DNA of 64,000 bases, from positions 1 to 64,000 of IMG/VR virus record IMGVR_UViG_3300020185_000024. One strand, written 5' to 3'. The notes under the pieces were generated by a model. That model was not told the DNA's origin. It saw only the letters and a program-made list of their open reading frames with translations, and did not search any database. The DNA is from a virus. How positions within the stretch are numbered: position 1 is the stretch's first letter; each line of letters starts with the position of its first letter. The position numbers were made by a program, and so were the translations under genes. Shown in pieces: positions 1 to 9,938 of this stretch.

Positions 1-291
1 ATTTAAAGAATTAATAAGATCATGAGAAACTCCAAATGCTAAACCTGAAGCGTACTTAGGAGTGCAATAAGGAGATTCTCCTAATATAACAACTCTAGTC
101 TCATTCCAAGAAGTATCTTTAAAAGCCTTAAATATATCAGGCTTTTTAGGATACACAATGGTTTGATTAGATCTAATATTAACTTGAGTTCCTATCTTAA
201 GAAATTCTTCAGTGTGAATAAACTCTTTGAGAGGTTCGTACCAAGTATTAAATTTCTCTCGGAATAATTCCTCCAATTGAGTTTGGTTCAT
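1..291 (-). CDS. ung: Uracil-DNA glycosylase family 1-like protein, 5' part (runs off window)
   Basis: Hand translation from ATG at 291: MNQTQLEELFREKFNTWYEPLKEF...VYPKKPDIFKAF...RVVILGESPYCTPKYASGLAFGV. This matches the UNG pattern VYP...IFxAF...VVILGQDPY...AxGLAF. Not in the ORF track because it is truncated. Confidence 0.85.
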   Translation of the reverse strand, partial: MNQTQLEELFREKFNTWYEPLKEFIHTEEFLKIGTQVNIRSNQTIVYPKKPDIFKAFKDTSWNETRVVILGESPYCTPKYASGLAFGVSHDLINSLN

Positions 292-1069
292 AATTATCTA
301 TTTTATATGCATTTAAAAATGTTTCTTCTTTTAATAGAGGAATGCTTAATAATTCAGCATTTTTAGGAAATTGATCTCTATCAACTCTGTCAAATAATTG
401 ATTTATTAAAGCTTCTCTTCTTTCTTTTGATTTATATAAAATTCCACCAGTAGAACCTGTAGAGGTAAAATTGTGAAATGATAATATTTGTTTTTTATAA
501 TCTTCTGTAAATTCAGAATATTTTCCATCTAGAAAATATTTATAATCTTCTTTATGTTGTTCTGGTATATCGAAAACGTAATTAATATGATAAGAATCTG
601 GTTCATATTCTCCTGAATACAAAGGATGCTTACTTATTAAATCTTCAAAATTACTAAACTCTGTACTTCCAGAAAATCTATAAGAAAGTATAATTTTGTC
701 ATAATTTTTATAAGTAGACTGACAAGCCAAATAACAATTTATATAGTTTTTATTATATAAATAGTCTTTTCTTACTCCTCCTAACATAGGAAGAATAAAT
801 ATATTAGATTTTGTATCTGGAGCTATAATTAAAGTGTAAATAACAGCTCCATAAGTAGTAGAAGTTTTTCGTATCTTATATATTTTGTAAGGAGATTTTT
901 TATGCATCCATAAATCTCCTATTTTAAATACTGCAGAACCTATATCTATAGCCACTATATCTCCTAGTTTAATTATAGGTTTTATTTCTTTTTTAGAATC
1001 TAGAATACTAAATTCTCTCTCGTTAGTTTTATTACAACTAAAACTGGCTATATTCTTTGTCATCTCCAT
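248..1069 (-). CDS. Hypothetical protein
   Basis: 273-aa ORF overlapping both neighbours in a co-directional operon; no motif recognised. Confidence 0.7.
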   Translation of the reverse strand: MEMTKNIASFSCNKTNEREFSILDSKKEIKPIIKLGDIVAIDIGSAVFKIGDLWMHKKSPYKIYKIRKTSTTYGAVIYTLIIAPDTKSNIFILPMLGGVRKDYLYNKNYINCYLACQSTYKNYDKIILSYRFSGSTEFSNFEDLISKHPLYSGEYEPDSYHINYVFDIPEQHKEDYKYFLDGKYSEFTEDYKKQILSFHNFTSTGSTGGILYKSKERREALINQLFDRVDRDQFPKNAELLSIPLLKEETFLNAYKIDNYEPNSIGGIIPREI

Positions 1070-1814
1070 TAGAAGTTTTTAAATTTATAGTTTGAACTTT
1101 AGGTATAGACGGTACTAATCCTATTTCTCTTAACATGTCTTCGTCTGTTCTAAGTAAATATACTAATCTAAAATTTTCTTGAAATCTATAAACTCCTTGA
1201 GCTAATCCAAATTCTTCTATATAAACGTCTAAGGTAGCTCCAAAAATAGAACCTTGCGCTTTACTTAATAATTTATTTGCCTTAACTGTTCCTACTCCTG
1301 GAACTCCTTGAATATTATCAGTACTGTCTCCAGTTAAAGTTTGAGTAAATAAAAATTTACACGCTTCCGTTAAACTAGTAGTAGTAAATTTATTTTTACT
1401 GTAATCATAATGTTTACCTTCTACAGTTTCTCTAACATCTTTATCTGGACTGCAAATAATTATATCATAAGTATCTTCTAATTTTTTTTTAAAAAAAGCA
1501 ACGGCATCGTCTGCTTCTAATCTTTTATCTGAATAAGCTAAATATTTCTGTTTTAAATGCTGTCTTAAGGCATAAAATATAATAGGCTTATTTCCTTTCT
1601 TTCTATTTCCTTTGTACGGTCTAATAGTAGCTAAATCGTACCTAAAACAATTATTTTCTGTTATACATAATATATAAGTCTTTGATTTACATTTTTCGAG
1701 AATATCTATTATTCTAGAATCTATATCTGATATAGCTTCTTCTAACGAATTTGCTCCCATTGTATAATACAATAAGCTATCCGCATCTATAATACATAAT
1801 CTTTCTTTTTTCAT
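1038..1814 (-). CDS. 5'-3' exonuclease / flap endonuclease (PIN-FEN fold)
   Basis: Motifs IIDADSL, YKGNR, EADD, SPDKD and the H3TH motif GDSTDNIQGVPGVG. Confidence 0.9.
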   Translation of the reverse strand: MKKERLCIIDADSLLYYTMGANSLEEAISDIDSRIIDILEKCKSKTYILCITENNCFRYDLATIRPYKGNRKKGNKPIIFYALRQHLKQKYLAYSDKRLEADDAVAFFKKKLEDTYDIIICSPDKDVRETVEGKHYDYSKNKFTTTSLTEACKFLFTQTLTGDSTDNIQGVPGVGTVKANKLLSKAQGSIFGATLDVYIEEFGLAQGVYRFQENFRLVYLLRTDEDMLREIGLVPSIPKVQTINLKTSNGDDKEYSQF

Positions 1815-1823
1815 TTTTGAGTT

Positions 1824-1858
1824 AAAAAAAAAAGAGAACTTTTATAGTCCTCCTTTTT
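1824..1858 (-). terminator. Intrinsic terminator
   Basis: Minus strand GGAGGACT-ATAA-AGTTCTCT followed by a long T run. Confidence 0.6.
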
Positions 1859-1870
1859 TATATTAAATAT

Positions 1871-2842
1871 TTAATTGCATATATGCTTAAAAATGTCAGG
1901 ATGAGTCTCGACAAATTTATTTTTTTTCGCATTTATAAAATTACTTAAAATAGCTTTTTTAAATTCTTTTTGTTTATTTATAGGAATTTTTATATTCTCT
2001 GTAAACTTTTTTCCGTAAAATTCTCTCATTTCTTCTTCAGAATGCTCAATAACTTCTCCCCAGTCTAAATTTATAATTTTTTTAAGATCTTTTACTAATC
2101 TATAAGTACCGATATAATTTTTAATATATTCCATTAATTTAGAATCTTCTGTTAAATTTAAAACGTGAACTTTAAAAAATTTTAAAGATATAGGTCTATT
2201 CATTATATATGCTAATCTATAATAAGGAACATATTCTTTTTTTATTTCTAAATGAATAACAGGAATATAGATACTTTTATTATCTATAAAACATCTAACT
2301 AAAAAAACTCCATTTCCTATAAGAGCATGGTTAATATTATTGACCGAGGTTAAATTAATATAAGAAGATAATAAAGACTCAATAGATATTGATTCAGTTC
2401 TATTTAAATTAAAAATACTAGAATAATTACAAACAGAAGAATATAAATATTTTTTAATTTGTGTTTTTATAGAATTTTTAATAGGTAATTGATAATCTGA
2501 ACTTACATCGTAATTTAAATTCGAGTTTGTTAAATAATGACTAGAAAGTAAGACATCTTTTAAGTACTTAGGAAGTTCTCTATCTACATGATTTGTATAT
2601 TCCGCATTGATATTAAGACTTAATTTATTATTAATATCTTTAAAATAATATTCAAAATCTGAATAACTCCTTATAGAAAGATTATTTATTCCTAATAAAG
2701 GAGCATATCCTTCAGTACTCTTATTGCAAACTAAATATAAATTATTTAATATTCCTGAATAAATATTTAAAAATTTTGAATACATAAAGGAAATAGGATA
2801 TGAATCAAGATTAAAATTAATTTTTTCTACGTTTACTAACAT
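1871..2842 (-). CDS. Hypothetical protein directly downstream of the E1-like gene
   Basis: 323-aa ORF overlapping the E1 3' end; no motif recognised. Confidence 0.7.
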   Translation of the reverse strand: MLVNVEKINFNLDSYPISFMYSKFLNIYSGILNNLYLVCNKSTEGYAPLLGINNLSIRSYSDFEYYFKDINNKLSLNINAEYTNHVDRELPKYLKDVLLSSHYLTNSNLNYDVSSDYQLPIKNSIKTQIKKYLYSSVCNYSSIFNLNRTESISIESLLSSYINLTSVNNINHALIGNGVFLVRCFIDNKSIYIPVIHLEIKKEYVPYYRLAYIMNRPISLKFFKVHVLNLTEDSKLMEYIKNYIGTYRLVKDLKKIINLDWGEVIEHSEEEMREFYGKKFTENIKIPINKQKEFKKAILSNFINAKKNKFVETHPDIFKHICN

Positions 2843-3515
2843 TTTCTACTGTATTTATTTGAACATTAAAAGAAGGGATTTCAAATTCCACCATAAATGG
2901 AACTTTTCTAATCTTTCTTTTTTTATTTTTATTAAATATTATATTAGTTACAATAGCAGTCATCATAGAGCCTATCATAGCTCCTGTTTGTGAAGTAGCT
3001 TTATAAGAGCATTCTTGTTCTTCGATATCTTCATCGTTAAATAACCAATTTTCATATTCTTCTTCTTGTCCAGGAACTACACAAAATATTTGAAATGTTT
3101 CTGCTTGCATTCTTCCGTCAATAAAAGCAATTCTATCATCTTGTAACGCTTTCCAAGCATTAAATAAGCATTTTCTAGCTTTCATATTATCAAAAGCAGA
3201 AAAAGTTAAAGGTAAAGCTTCGCCAGCTTCGTCAAGTTCTCCTAAAAAATGAACATTAGAATTATTACAAGTTTCATAAATTAAATCGCTTAACGCTTTA
3301 AACTTAGTTTTGTCTACATCAGAAGTTTTATAAAGTTGACCTCCCATATTATGTTCTTCAAGAATATCCATTTCATATACATAAATTTCATATCCTAATC
3401 TACCTAACATAATTCCTAACCAAGATCCAATACCTCCAGCACCACCTAAAACTACTTGCATTCCAGGTGTATGCCAAGGAGCATCTTTGAATCTATCAAA
3501 ATTTTGATTTTTCAT
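2817..3515 (-). CDS. ThiF/MoeB/E1-family adenylyltransferase
   Basis: GAGGIG nucleotide-binding loop, [23 protein letters not shown]; candidate catalytic Cys in ECSYKAT. Confidence 0.9.
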   Translation of the reverse strand: MKNQNFDRFKDAPWHTPGMQVVLGGAGGIGSWLGIMLGRLGYEIYVYEMDILEEHNMGGQLYKTSDVDKTKFKALSDLIYETCNNSNVHFLGELDEAGEALPLTFSAFDNMKARKCLFNAWKALQDDRIAFIDGRMQAETFQIFCVVPGQEEEYENWLFNDEDIEEQECSYKATSQTGAMIGSMMTAIVTNIIFNKNKKRKIRKVPFMVEFEIPSFNVQINTVENVSKRRKN

Positions 3516-4963
3516 TAATTTATAATATTTTTATAATTAGGATATTGTTCTCCCCATTCTTTATACATTTTTTCTTCTATAGATTCTTCTTCTTCTATAA
3601 AGTTATTTAATATATTTTCAGATTCTTCTATTAAAACATCTGCTACAGCGTCTCCTAAAAAACTAGATATAGGGGCTAATTTTATATTTTTAGCGCACTC
3701 TTTATAAATAGCTGATTGCAAAGTAGTATTTTGATATTCTATGTCCAATGTGTAGAAAGCAGCTTCATAATACTCTTGTAAAAAAGTTTTAGAACCTTCT
3801 GCAAGTCTTTCAGCATCTTTCATAGTAAATTCAACTTGGCTTCCAGTGTAATCATTTTCAGCAGTTCTGCAACAATTCATTATAAAAACTTCTGAATCTC
3901 TTTCTAATAGCTTTATTAAAAAAGAATCATTTGGAATTTCTTCTTCGTTCCAAATGCACATAAATATAAACTTTTTCATTGCTATTTCTTCTTCTTCAGC
4001 AAATCTGTTATTTGCAGGTTTAGGAAAACTTATACTTTTTTGAGTATTTAAATTTTCAATTCCTTCTTTTGTTTTTTTTACGCCATTTTCTTTTTTGCTT
4101 TCTAGTGAGAAATTGTTCTTTGGAAGAACTCTTTTGTATGGAATACTCATTTGTTTTCCTATCTTGCTTTTTTGATTTTTTATTGTAGGATTTAAACTTT
4201 GATGATGATTTCCATTTATGTACGAAGGCTTGTAAATTTTCATATTGCTGACAGTTTTTGCCTTCTTGATTTCTGCCAGAGCATCTAAAAAATATTGATC
4301 TTTTACTTCTGATTGTCCTTTCCATTCAACATCTAAATCTAAAGTTACTAGCACATCTTTTGTAACTTCTATTTGTTGCTCTTTTAAAAAGAAGTTTTCT
4401 AACTTTTTAAACATTTTACTAGGGTAATACTTAACTTTTTCTGTAGTTGTTTCAGGAACCATGTATGCTATTTTAGCTACAGGTTTTTCATCAAAATTAA
4501 CAATTAAAGAAAGTAATAAACTATCTGTAGTAGCGCAATCTTCTAAAGCTCCCATGTCTGTTCCAGAAAAGAAAGCTCTCATATTATGATGAGTATGAAT
4601 TATTCCCATTTTAACTTTTCCTAATTGTTTAGGATATTTTTGAAAATATTTTACAGCTTCATCTCCTGTTTGAAATTCAGTATATGTAGCATTGCCTATA
4701 TCCATAGGAATCATATCTACTACTTCAGCTTTTATGCTAGAAGGATCGTCTATAGTTCCTTTTAATATTCTCCAAACTAGTCTTCCTGACCATTCTATAG
4801 GTCCCACTTCTTTGTGGAGATACCTAACTTTATTTATAAAGTCAATAGGAACTACTAATTTTCCTTTTTCTTTAAGTTCTATAATCTTATGTTTATGATT
4901 AACTACTTTTCTTTCGTTAATAGGAAGAGAAGTATCTCCTCTGTTATCTGTTATACTATTCAT
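3515..4963 (-). CDS. JAB/MPN+ (JAMM) metallopeptidase with long C-terminal extension
   Basis: Catalytic Glu in IEWSG plus HxH-x7-SxxD motif [15 protein letters not shown]. Confidence 0.85.
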   Translation of the reverse strand: MNSITDNRGDTSLPINERKVVNHKHKIIELKEKGKLVVPIDFINKVRYLHKEVGPIEWSGRLVWRILKGTIDDPSSIKAEVVDMIPMDIGNATYTEFQTGDEAVKYFQKYPKQLGKVKMGIIHTHHNMRAFFSGTDMGALEDCATTDSLLLSLIVNFDEKPVAKIAYMVPETTTEKVKYYPSKMFKKLENFFLKEQQIEVTKDVLVTLDLDVEWKGQSEVKDQYFLDALAEIKKAKTVSNMKIYKPSYINGNHHQSLNPTIKNQKSKIGKQMSIPYKRVLPKNNFSLESKKENGVKKTKEGIENLNTQKSISFPKPANNRFAEEEEIAMKKFIFMCIWNEEEIPNDSFLIKLLERDSEVFIMNCCRTAENDYTGSQVEFTMKDAERLAEGSKTFLQEYYEAAFYTLDIEYQNTTLQSAIYKECAKNIKLAPISSFLGDAVADVLIEESENILNNFIEEEESIEEKMYKEWGEQYPNYKNIIN

Positions 4964-4965
4964 TT

Positions 4966-6069
4966 TTAAAATTTTATTGAATTTTTGTCATAAAAATCTT
5001 CAATTGAATTAAAATACTTTATTGCTTCACGAATCATATAATAATTTATTATTTCTATTTTAGAATCGCTACTCGCTATATTTTTTTCTTTTATATCTTT
5101 TATATCTACACAAGTAAAATCTATTTTTTTTCCTTTAAATGTATAAGATCCTATTTCTAAGCATAACTTATTTGCTTTAGCTGTTAAAACTTTCTTTGAG
5201 CATTCTTCATTAACGCTATAATAACTATTAGAATTAGCTTTTTTATAAGCTATTAAACCAAAATGAAACTCTTTTTTAACTTTAGGTTTTATTTTAATAG
5301 CTAACTCCATTAATACTTCATCAGTAATATCAGAACTATAAGCATGCATATTAAAAGTTTTGCTTGCAGTTTTTAACTTAAATACTAGATTAAAAAAAGT
5401 TAATAATTCTTCCATTATTAAAAATATTAATGCTTGATGTATCTCACGAGTATGATATCTATCTGTGCTTAATAAATTGTTATTAGAATCTTCAGAATAC
5501 AGATAATTTTTTCTTTTATTTAAATAATAATAAGGAATTCCTTCATCGCTTTGCCAACTTACAAATTCTCTTAAATGAAATAAATAAGCTAATACATGAC
5601 TTAAACGCTTAGTTTTGTCTGACTCTTTTGAACTTCTATAAACTATATTGTTTATAGGACCAGATCCTGTACAAAATTTTTGCCATCCCCAATTATGATT
5701 TGAAATATTACTTGCTTTTTTTAAATGAGAATGAACATATCCAGATAATAAATTATACCAGCTAGCTGATAAAACCATTCCCTCTAAATCACTCATTAAC
5801 CTAAAATTGCTAAGATTTATTTTAAAACGTACTAGCAAATTATAAATAGTTGTTTTATTTTCTGAACCTAATTTTCCATTTTGAATAGTTATTTCAGGAA
5901 ATCGTATAGTAGTTATTAATTTGGTTCCTATAACTCTACATTCTACATTATCTTCTCCATAAGCGTTATTTGCTGCTAAAGTTACTTTAGAAATAAAATC
6001 TTTTTCACTTAATTCTTCAGATGTTTCTTGTTTTTCTACAACTTTCTTTTCTACTTTTTCTAAATTCAT
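4966..6069 (-). CDS. Putative prokaryotic E2/UBC-like protein
   Basis: YVHSHL...WQKFCTGSGP resembles the HPN/HPH...C(L)G arrangement of E2 enzymes; lies between Ubl and JAB/E1. Confidence 0.55.
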   Translation of the reverse strand: MNLEKVEKKVVEKQETSEELSEKDFISKVTLAANNAYGEDNVECRVIGTKLITTIRFPEITIQNGKLGSENKTTIYNLLVRFKINLSNFRLMSDLEGMVLSASWYNLLSGYVHSHLKKASNISNHNWGWQKFCTGSGPINNIVYRSSKESDKTKRLSHVLAYLFHLREFVSWQSDEGIPYYYLNKRKNYLYSEDSNNNLLSTDRYHTREIHQALIFLIMEELLTFFNLVFKLKTASKTFNMHAYSSDITDEVLMELAIKIKPKVKKEFHFGLIAYKKANSNSYYSVNEECSKKVLTAKANKLCLEIGSYTFKGKKIDFTCVDIKDIKEKNIASSDSKIEIINYYMIREAIKYFNSIEDFYDKNSIKF

Positions 6070-6086
6070 AATAAATATTTTTAATT

Positions 6087-6122
6087 AAAAAAAAAGAAAA
6101 GAGCCTAAGCCCTCTTCTTTTT
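6087..6122 (-). terminator. Intrinsic terminator between the Ubl gene pair and the E2-like gene
   Basis: Minus strand AAGAGGGC-TTAG-GCTCTTTT hairpin plus T run. Confidence 0.6.
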
Positions 6123-6140
6123 AAAATCTTGAATTAAAAA

Positions 6141-6326
6141 CTAAAATGCTTTTTTCATTTCTTCTTCTAATATTTTTTTACTTGTCTTAATTATTATATT
6201 TGATAATTTGTCAAGATCTTTATCAAATTCTTCTAACAATTCGTCTAAGGAAGAAAAATTTAGTTTTTTTTCTAATTCGTCTCTATTTATTGTCGTTTTA
6301 GTAGAATTTCTTTCTACTGTACTCAT
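6141..6326 (-). CDS. Small helical hypothetical protein coupled to Ubl
   Basis: 61 aa; TAATG overlap with the Ubl stop codon. Confidence 0.65.
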   Translation of the reverse strand: MSTVERNSTKTTINRDELEKKLNFSSLDELLEEFDKDLDKLSNIIIKTSKKILEEEMKKAF

Positions 6327-6571
6327 TAAATTCCAGATTTAACTTCCATAGGAGAAAGAAAGATAGTCAAATCGCCATCAGAAGGAGATTCTGGCAATAA
6401 AGCTTCATCAGCTTCTAAAGTACTACTGTTATGACTAACTACTGCTTTCATAGAGCTAATCTTATTTACTCGTGATGACAATGCTTGTTTAAGGTCTCCC
6501 CAAGTTGTAGCATCAGTGTTTACTTCAAAGTCAGTACCTGACTGTGTGTTATAAATTATAATAGTTCTCAT
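6326..6571 (-). CDS. Ubiquitin-like (beta-grasp) protein
   Basis: 81 aa; beta-hairpin MRTIIIY..FEV, helix TWGDLKQAL, last strand LTIFLSP, C-terminus VKSG-I; next to E1/JAB genes. Confidence 0.75.
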   Translation of the reverse strand: MRTIIIYNTQSGTDFEVNTDATTWGDLKQALSSRVNKISSMKAVVSHNSSTLEADEALLPESPSDGDLTIFLSPMEVKSGI

Positions 6572-6587
6572 ATTTTTATTTTTTTAT

Positions 6588-6968
6588 TTAGAGAATAAAT
6601 ATATATACCCCAGGATTTTCTTTATCCACATGGTATCCTTGGAAAGAAGGATTAATAAACTCCATTGAGTCATCCTCTAACCATTTAAATTCTTGCATCA
6701 TATCAAAAACTATTTGTGAAATATTAATATAATCGAATTTTCTTTTATCTTTTCTTACAAAATAAAGACTCAGCTTTAAAGGATATTCTTTTCCTTGAAT
6801 TTTAAGTTGAAATTCTTCTTTTTTGTTTTCATAAAAAGATTTAGTATTCTTTTTGTAAGTCATTACTGTCTTACTATTTATTAGCATTTTTCCAGTCCAT
6901 CTTTTACTATTTTTAGAAGAAGGAGTATTAAATGGAATAAATATAGCTTCATTAAATTTTAAGCTCAT
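6588..6968 (-). CDS. RusA-like Holliday junction resolvase
   Basis: PSSKN; KRKFDYIN...FD...WLEDD acidic catalytic pattern. Confidence 0.75.
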   Translation of the reverse strand: MSLKFNEAIFIPFNTPSSKNSKRWTGKMLINSKTVMTYKKNTKSFYENKKEEFQLKIQGKEYPLKLSLYFVRKDKRKFDYINISQIVFDMMQEFKWLEDDSMEFINPSFQGYHVDKENPGVYIFIL

Positions 6969-7956
6969 TTTTTATTAGATTTATAGTTAACTTTTTTTCG
7001 TAAAGTTTACAATAGTCTGTAGGGTCTTTAGCCCCTTCCATGTTTTCTGGTACAATATAGTTTATGTTATAATATTCAGAATGTTGCTTTGCAAAATTAA
7101 TTCCAGCATCATCCCAATCGTAGAATATTACTAATCTTTTATATCTTTTTTTTAGTATATCTATAAATTTATCGCTAATCAATACTCCTTCAGCATTAGG
7201 AGCAATAGCAGGTATATGTAAGTTTTCAGCAAAAAACATACACTCTTTATTAGAAGAAGTTATTATTAATAATTCCCCTTTTTCAGGTATTATGTCGTAA
7301 CCGTGTATAGAGTTCATATTACAGTTTCCATACCATTTATTATCGTAAGAACCTTTTTCGGCATAAGGCTGATAAATTTTCTTACGAGAACCTACATGAA
7401 TACAATAAGCTAATTCTAAACACTTTACTCTAGTATTTTCAATCCAATAGTAATCTATAGGTACTACTTTAAATATGTTGCAAGTAGATTTAGAAATTCC
7501 ATATTGGTCCCAATACTTAGTATCTTTCCAATTCCAATTTCTATATCTTACTTTGATTTCATATTTTCTAGGTTTATCAATTACTTCAAGTTTTTTATTA
7601 TTTGGAGCTAAAAAACCTTTAGTAAACTTTTTTACATCTTTATAATTTCCTAATTTTAAATCGAAATCTACATCTACTACTCTTAGAGCTTCTATAAATG
7701 TATAATTGTATTTTTCCATTATAAATTGAAAACAATCTCCATGTTGTCCAGTTTTCAAATCTTTAAACCTTAAACCATTAGATGCTTGAAATACACCAAA
7801 AGAAGGATTCATATCTTTATTTCTTAAAGGAGATGAAAAAGTTTGATTTATTTTAAACTTTTCATCTATATAATAACTAAAAATATCATACTCAGATATT
7901 TTATTGAGTATATTTTCTTTTGTGAGTGTAGTTTGTGAATCTCTAGAGGCTATCAT
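6952..7956 (-). CDS. DnaG-type DNA primase
   Basis: Degenerate N-terminal CHC2-like region (SPLRNKDMNPSF...GDCFQF); TOPRIM DxD motif YDWDDAG; KDPTD. Confidence 0.85.
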   Translation of the reverse strand: MIASRDSQTTLTKENILNKISEYDIFSYYIDEKFKINQTFSSPLRNKDMNPSFGVFQASNGLRFKDLKTGQHGDCFQFIMEKYNYTFIEALRVVDVDFDLKLGNYKDVKKFTKGFLAPNNKKLEVIDKPRKYEIKVRYRNWNWKDTKYWDQYGISKSTCNIFKVVPIDYYWIENTRVKCLELAYCIHVGSRKKIYQPYAEKGSYDNKWYGNCNMNSIHGYDIIPEKGELLIITSSNKECMFFAENLHIPAIAPNAEGVLISDKFIDILKKRYKRLVIFYDWDDAGINFAKQHSEYYNINYIVPENMEGAKDPTDYCKLYEKKLTINLIKNELKI

Positions 7957-7991
7957 AAAAAAAAAGAAGGGAAGCTGTTAACTCCCCTTCT
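7957..7991 (-). terminator. Intrinsic terminator
   Basis: Minus strand GAAGGGGAG...CTTCCCTTC plus T run. Confidence 0.65.
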
Positions 7992-8001
7992 AATTAATCA
8001 T

Positions 8002-8775
8002 TTAAAACAAGCCTGTAGTATTAACTTCTTGACCTGCTAGAGCAGGAGGATTAGCAGAAGCTGCTATAACTTCTTCAGTCCATTCTCCAAATTTCAAAGT
8101 AGGATCAAAATCAGCTTTAAATTGCTTAAAGTCATCTTTCAATGCAGTAAAAAATTGAGAATCTCTTTGAGGTTTAATTCTACCAAAATGATGAGTATAA
8201 ACTTCTTGATATTTATCATCTTTAACTCCTAAAAGACATCTAAGTTCATTATCAGCAAGAGCTGCGTGGGCATTTAATAAGCTAGATACGTCATTATTAA
8301 ACACTTCTACGTTTAATTGACAAGGATCTCCTGTTCTAACATTAAATAAAGCTCTTACAAAACTAGTAAGATTTTCTTCTCCGTAATAAGCTTCTCTTAC
8401 TTCTTCATTTTTATACCAATCATAAATTTCAGCAGGATTAGTTGCTCCCCATTGAAATCTACCTTCTTTGTTTATCCATTGGTATTTGTTACCATCTTTA
8501 TTTTGTCTTTTTTCATTCCGAACTAAAAACTCTGATTTAACAGATAATTTATATTCTTCATTTCTAAGCCAAAATACAATTTTATTGTGAACAGTACCAT
8601 TAATATTAATATTAGTGTACTCAGGTTCTTTTTTAATATAATCCATTCCTAACTCATGTAATTGAGTTAATGTAGGATTTATTGCTATTACTTTCATTGA
8701 AGTTATACCAGAATATAATTTTATTCCGTTATCTTCTACTACTGCTTCATTTGAGCTATTTGTTTGTATTCCCAT
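8002..8775 (-). CDS. Putative single-stranded DNA-binding protein
   Basis: Lies between AAA ATPase and primase as in crAss-like replication modules; aromatic-rich core with a flexible tail ending in F; followed by a terminator. Confidence 0.5.
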   Translation of the reverse strand: MGIQTNSSNEAVVEDNGIKLYSGITSMKVIAINPTLTQLHELGMDYIKKEPEYTNININGTVHNKIVFWLRNEEYKLSVKSEFLVRNEKRQNKDGNKYQWINKEGRFQWGATNPAEIYDWYKNEEVREAYYGEENLTSFVRALFNVRTGDPCQLNVEVFNNDVSSLLNAHAALADNELRCLLGVKDDKYQEVYTHHFGRIKPQRDSQFFTALKDDFKQFKADFDPTLKFGEWTEEVIAASANPPALAGQEVNTTGLF

Positions 8776-8793
8776 TTATTTTTTTTATAATTT

Positions 8794-9135
8794 TTAATCG
8801 TTTGTAGAAGAACTCATAACTTGTTCAGCTACTTCTGTTATACTAAGACCTTCTACATCATTTTGTTCAGGAAGATTTAAATTTTCTTCTACTATAATAT
8901 TAGAAGAAAATCTATTCATTATTTCTTCTGAATCATCTACATAATCTACATAATATGCTTTTGATTTTGCTTTACTAACTATACCAAATCTAGAAAACGC
9001 TTCTTTAACTTCTGCAGTAGTAATTTTATACAACTCAGAAATTTCTTTCATTGTTCTACCACTACCTTTTAAATAAGCAATTTCAGATTTTTTTATTGTT
9101 TTGCATTCTGTTTCTACTTCTGTTTCTGTCGACAT
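8794..9135 (-). CDS. Hypothetical protein, possible HTH
   Basis: GRTMKEISELYKITTAEVKEAF resembles an HTH; acidic tail. Confidence 0.6.
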   Translation of the reverse strand: MSTETEVETECKTIKKSEIAYLKGSGRTMKEISELYKITTAEVKEAFSRFGIVSKAKSKAYYVDYVDDSEEIMNRFSSNIIVEENLNLPEQNDVEGLSITEVAEQVMSSSTND

Positions 9136-9146
9136 AAGTCAATTAT

Positions 9147-9920
9147 TTAATCTACAAAAATTCTGTCCCAATGGACAGACTTAATATTAGTACCTTCAGA
9201 CTCCGCTAACACGATATCCTGACCTCTTAAATGTTCGCTTCTGGCTCCAACACAAACGTTATTCTCTGAGGATTTAAAATTTAACATAGTGAACTCTTTA
9301 TCTCTATGTAAGTAACCTATAGCATCGCACCTAGACGCTAATATATTCTTAATTTTACCAGTTAAATCAATATCATTAACTGATACTTCTTTACCTTCTT
9401 TTTCTATTAATTTCTCTCTTAAGTGCCCTACATAAATAACTCTAGGAAAAGCTTTTTCAATAGCATCGCAAACTTTAAAGAAAGCTTGTCTTAGCCACCA
9501 ATATCCAGCTCCATTTGGAAGTTCCAATATAGACTTTCCTTCCTCATTTTTATCGAAATTTCTTCCCATTGGGGTGTTTTTATACATAGTTTTAGCTAAA
9601 GGTAAGCACATGTCTTCTAAAACAGAAACAGTATCTACTGCTCCGTACTTATATGGGCTACCTGCTTTAATTATGTCTTCTAATATAGAGTTTAATCCTG
9701 CTAAAGAATTATTAAGTTCTTTACTTTTAGGGTGATTTTTAACATCTACTTTTAATGCAGATATCATATCAGTACCACTTTCTAAATCTATGTTTAAACA
9801 GTTATCTAAATAAGATAACATAGTTGTTTTTCCTATCTTAGGAAGAGCATACATTAACAATGTCCTAGGACTTTGTCTAATTGCTGCAATCTTCTCTGTA
9901 GGTAGTTTAAATTCTGACAT
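9147..9920 (-). CDS. AAA/RecA-like ATPase (Sak4/AAA_24 type)
   Basis: Walker A ALPKIGKTT, IDLESG, Walker B AVDTVS, GAGY, DAIGY. Confidence 0.85.
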   Translation of the reverse strand: MSEFKLPTEKIAAIRQSPRTLLMYALPKIGKTTMLSYLDNCLNIDLESGTDMISALKVDVKNHPKSKELNNSLAGLNSILEDIIKAGSPYKYGAVDTVSVLEDMCLPLAKTMYKNTPMGRNFDKNEEGKSILELPNGAGYWWLRQAFFKVCDAIEKAFPRVIYVGHLREKLIEKEGKEVSVNDIDLTGKIKNILASRCDAIGYLHRDKEFTMLNFKSSENNVCVGARSEHLRGQDIVLAESEGTNIKSVHWDRIFVD

Positions 9921-9938
9921 TTAATAATATTATTAAAA

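Noticed and set aside
2817-3515. ThiF as a thiamine or molybdopterin biosynthesis auxiliary gene
   Set aside because: No ThiS/ThiG/MoaD/MoaE context; its neighbours are JAB, E2-like and Ubl genes
4056-4898. ORFs 4056-4325 (-) and 4692-4898 (+) inside the JAB gene
   Set aside because: Alternative-frame or antisense shadows of a well-supported gene, with no motifs
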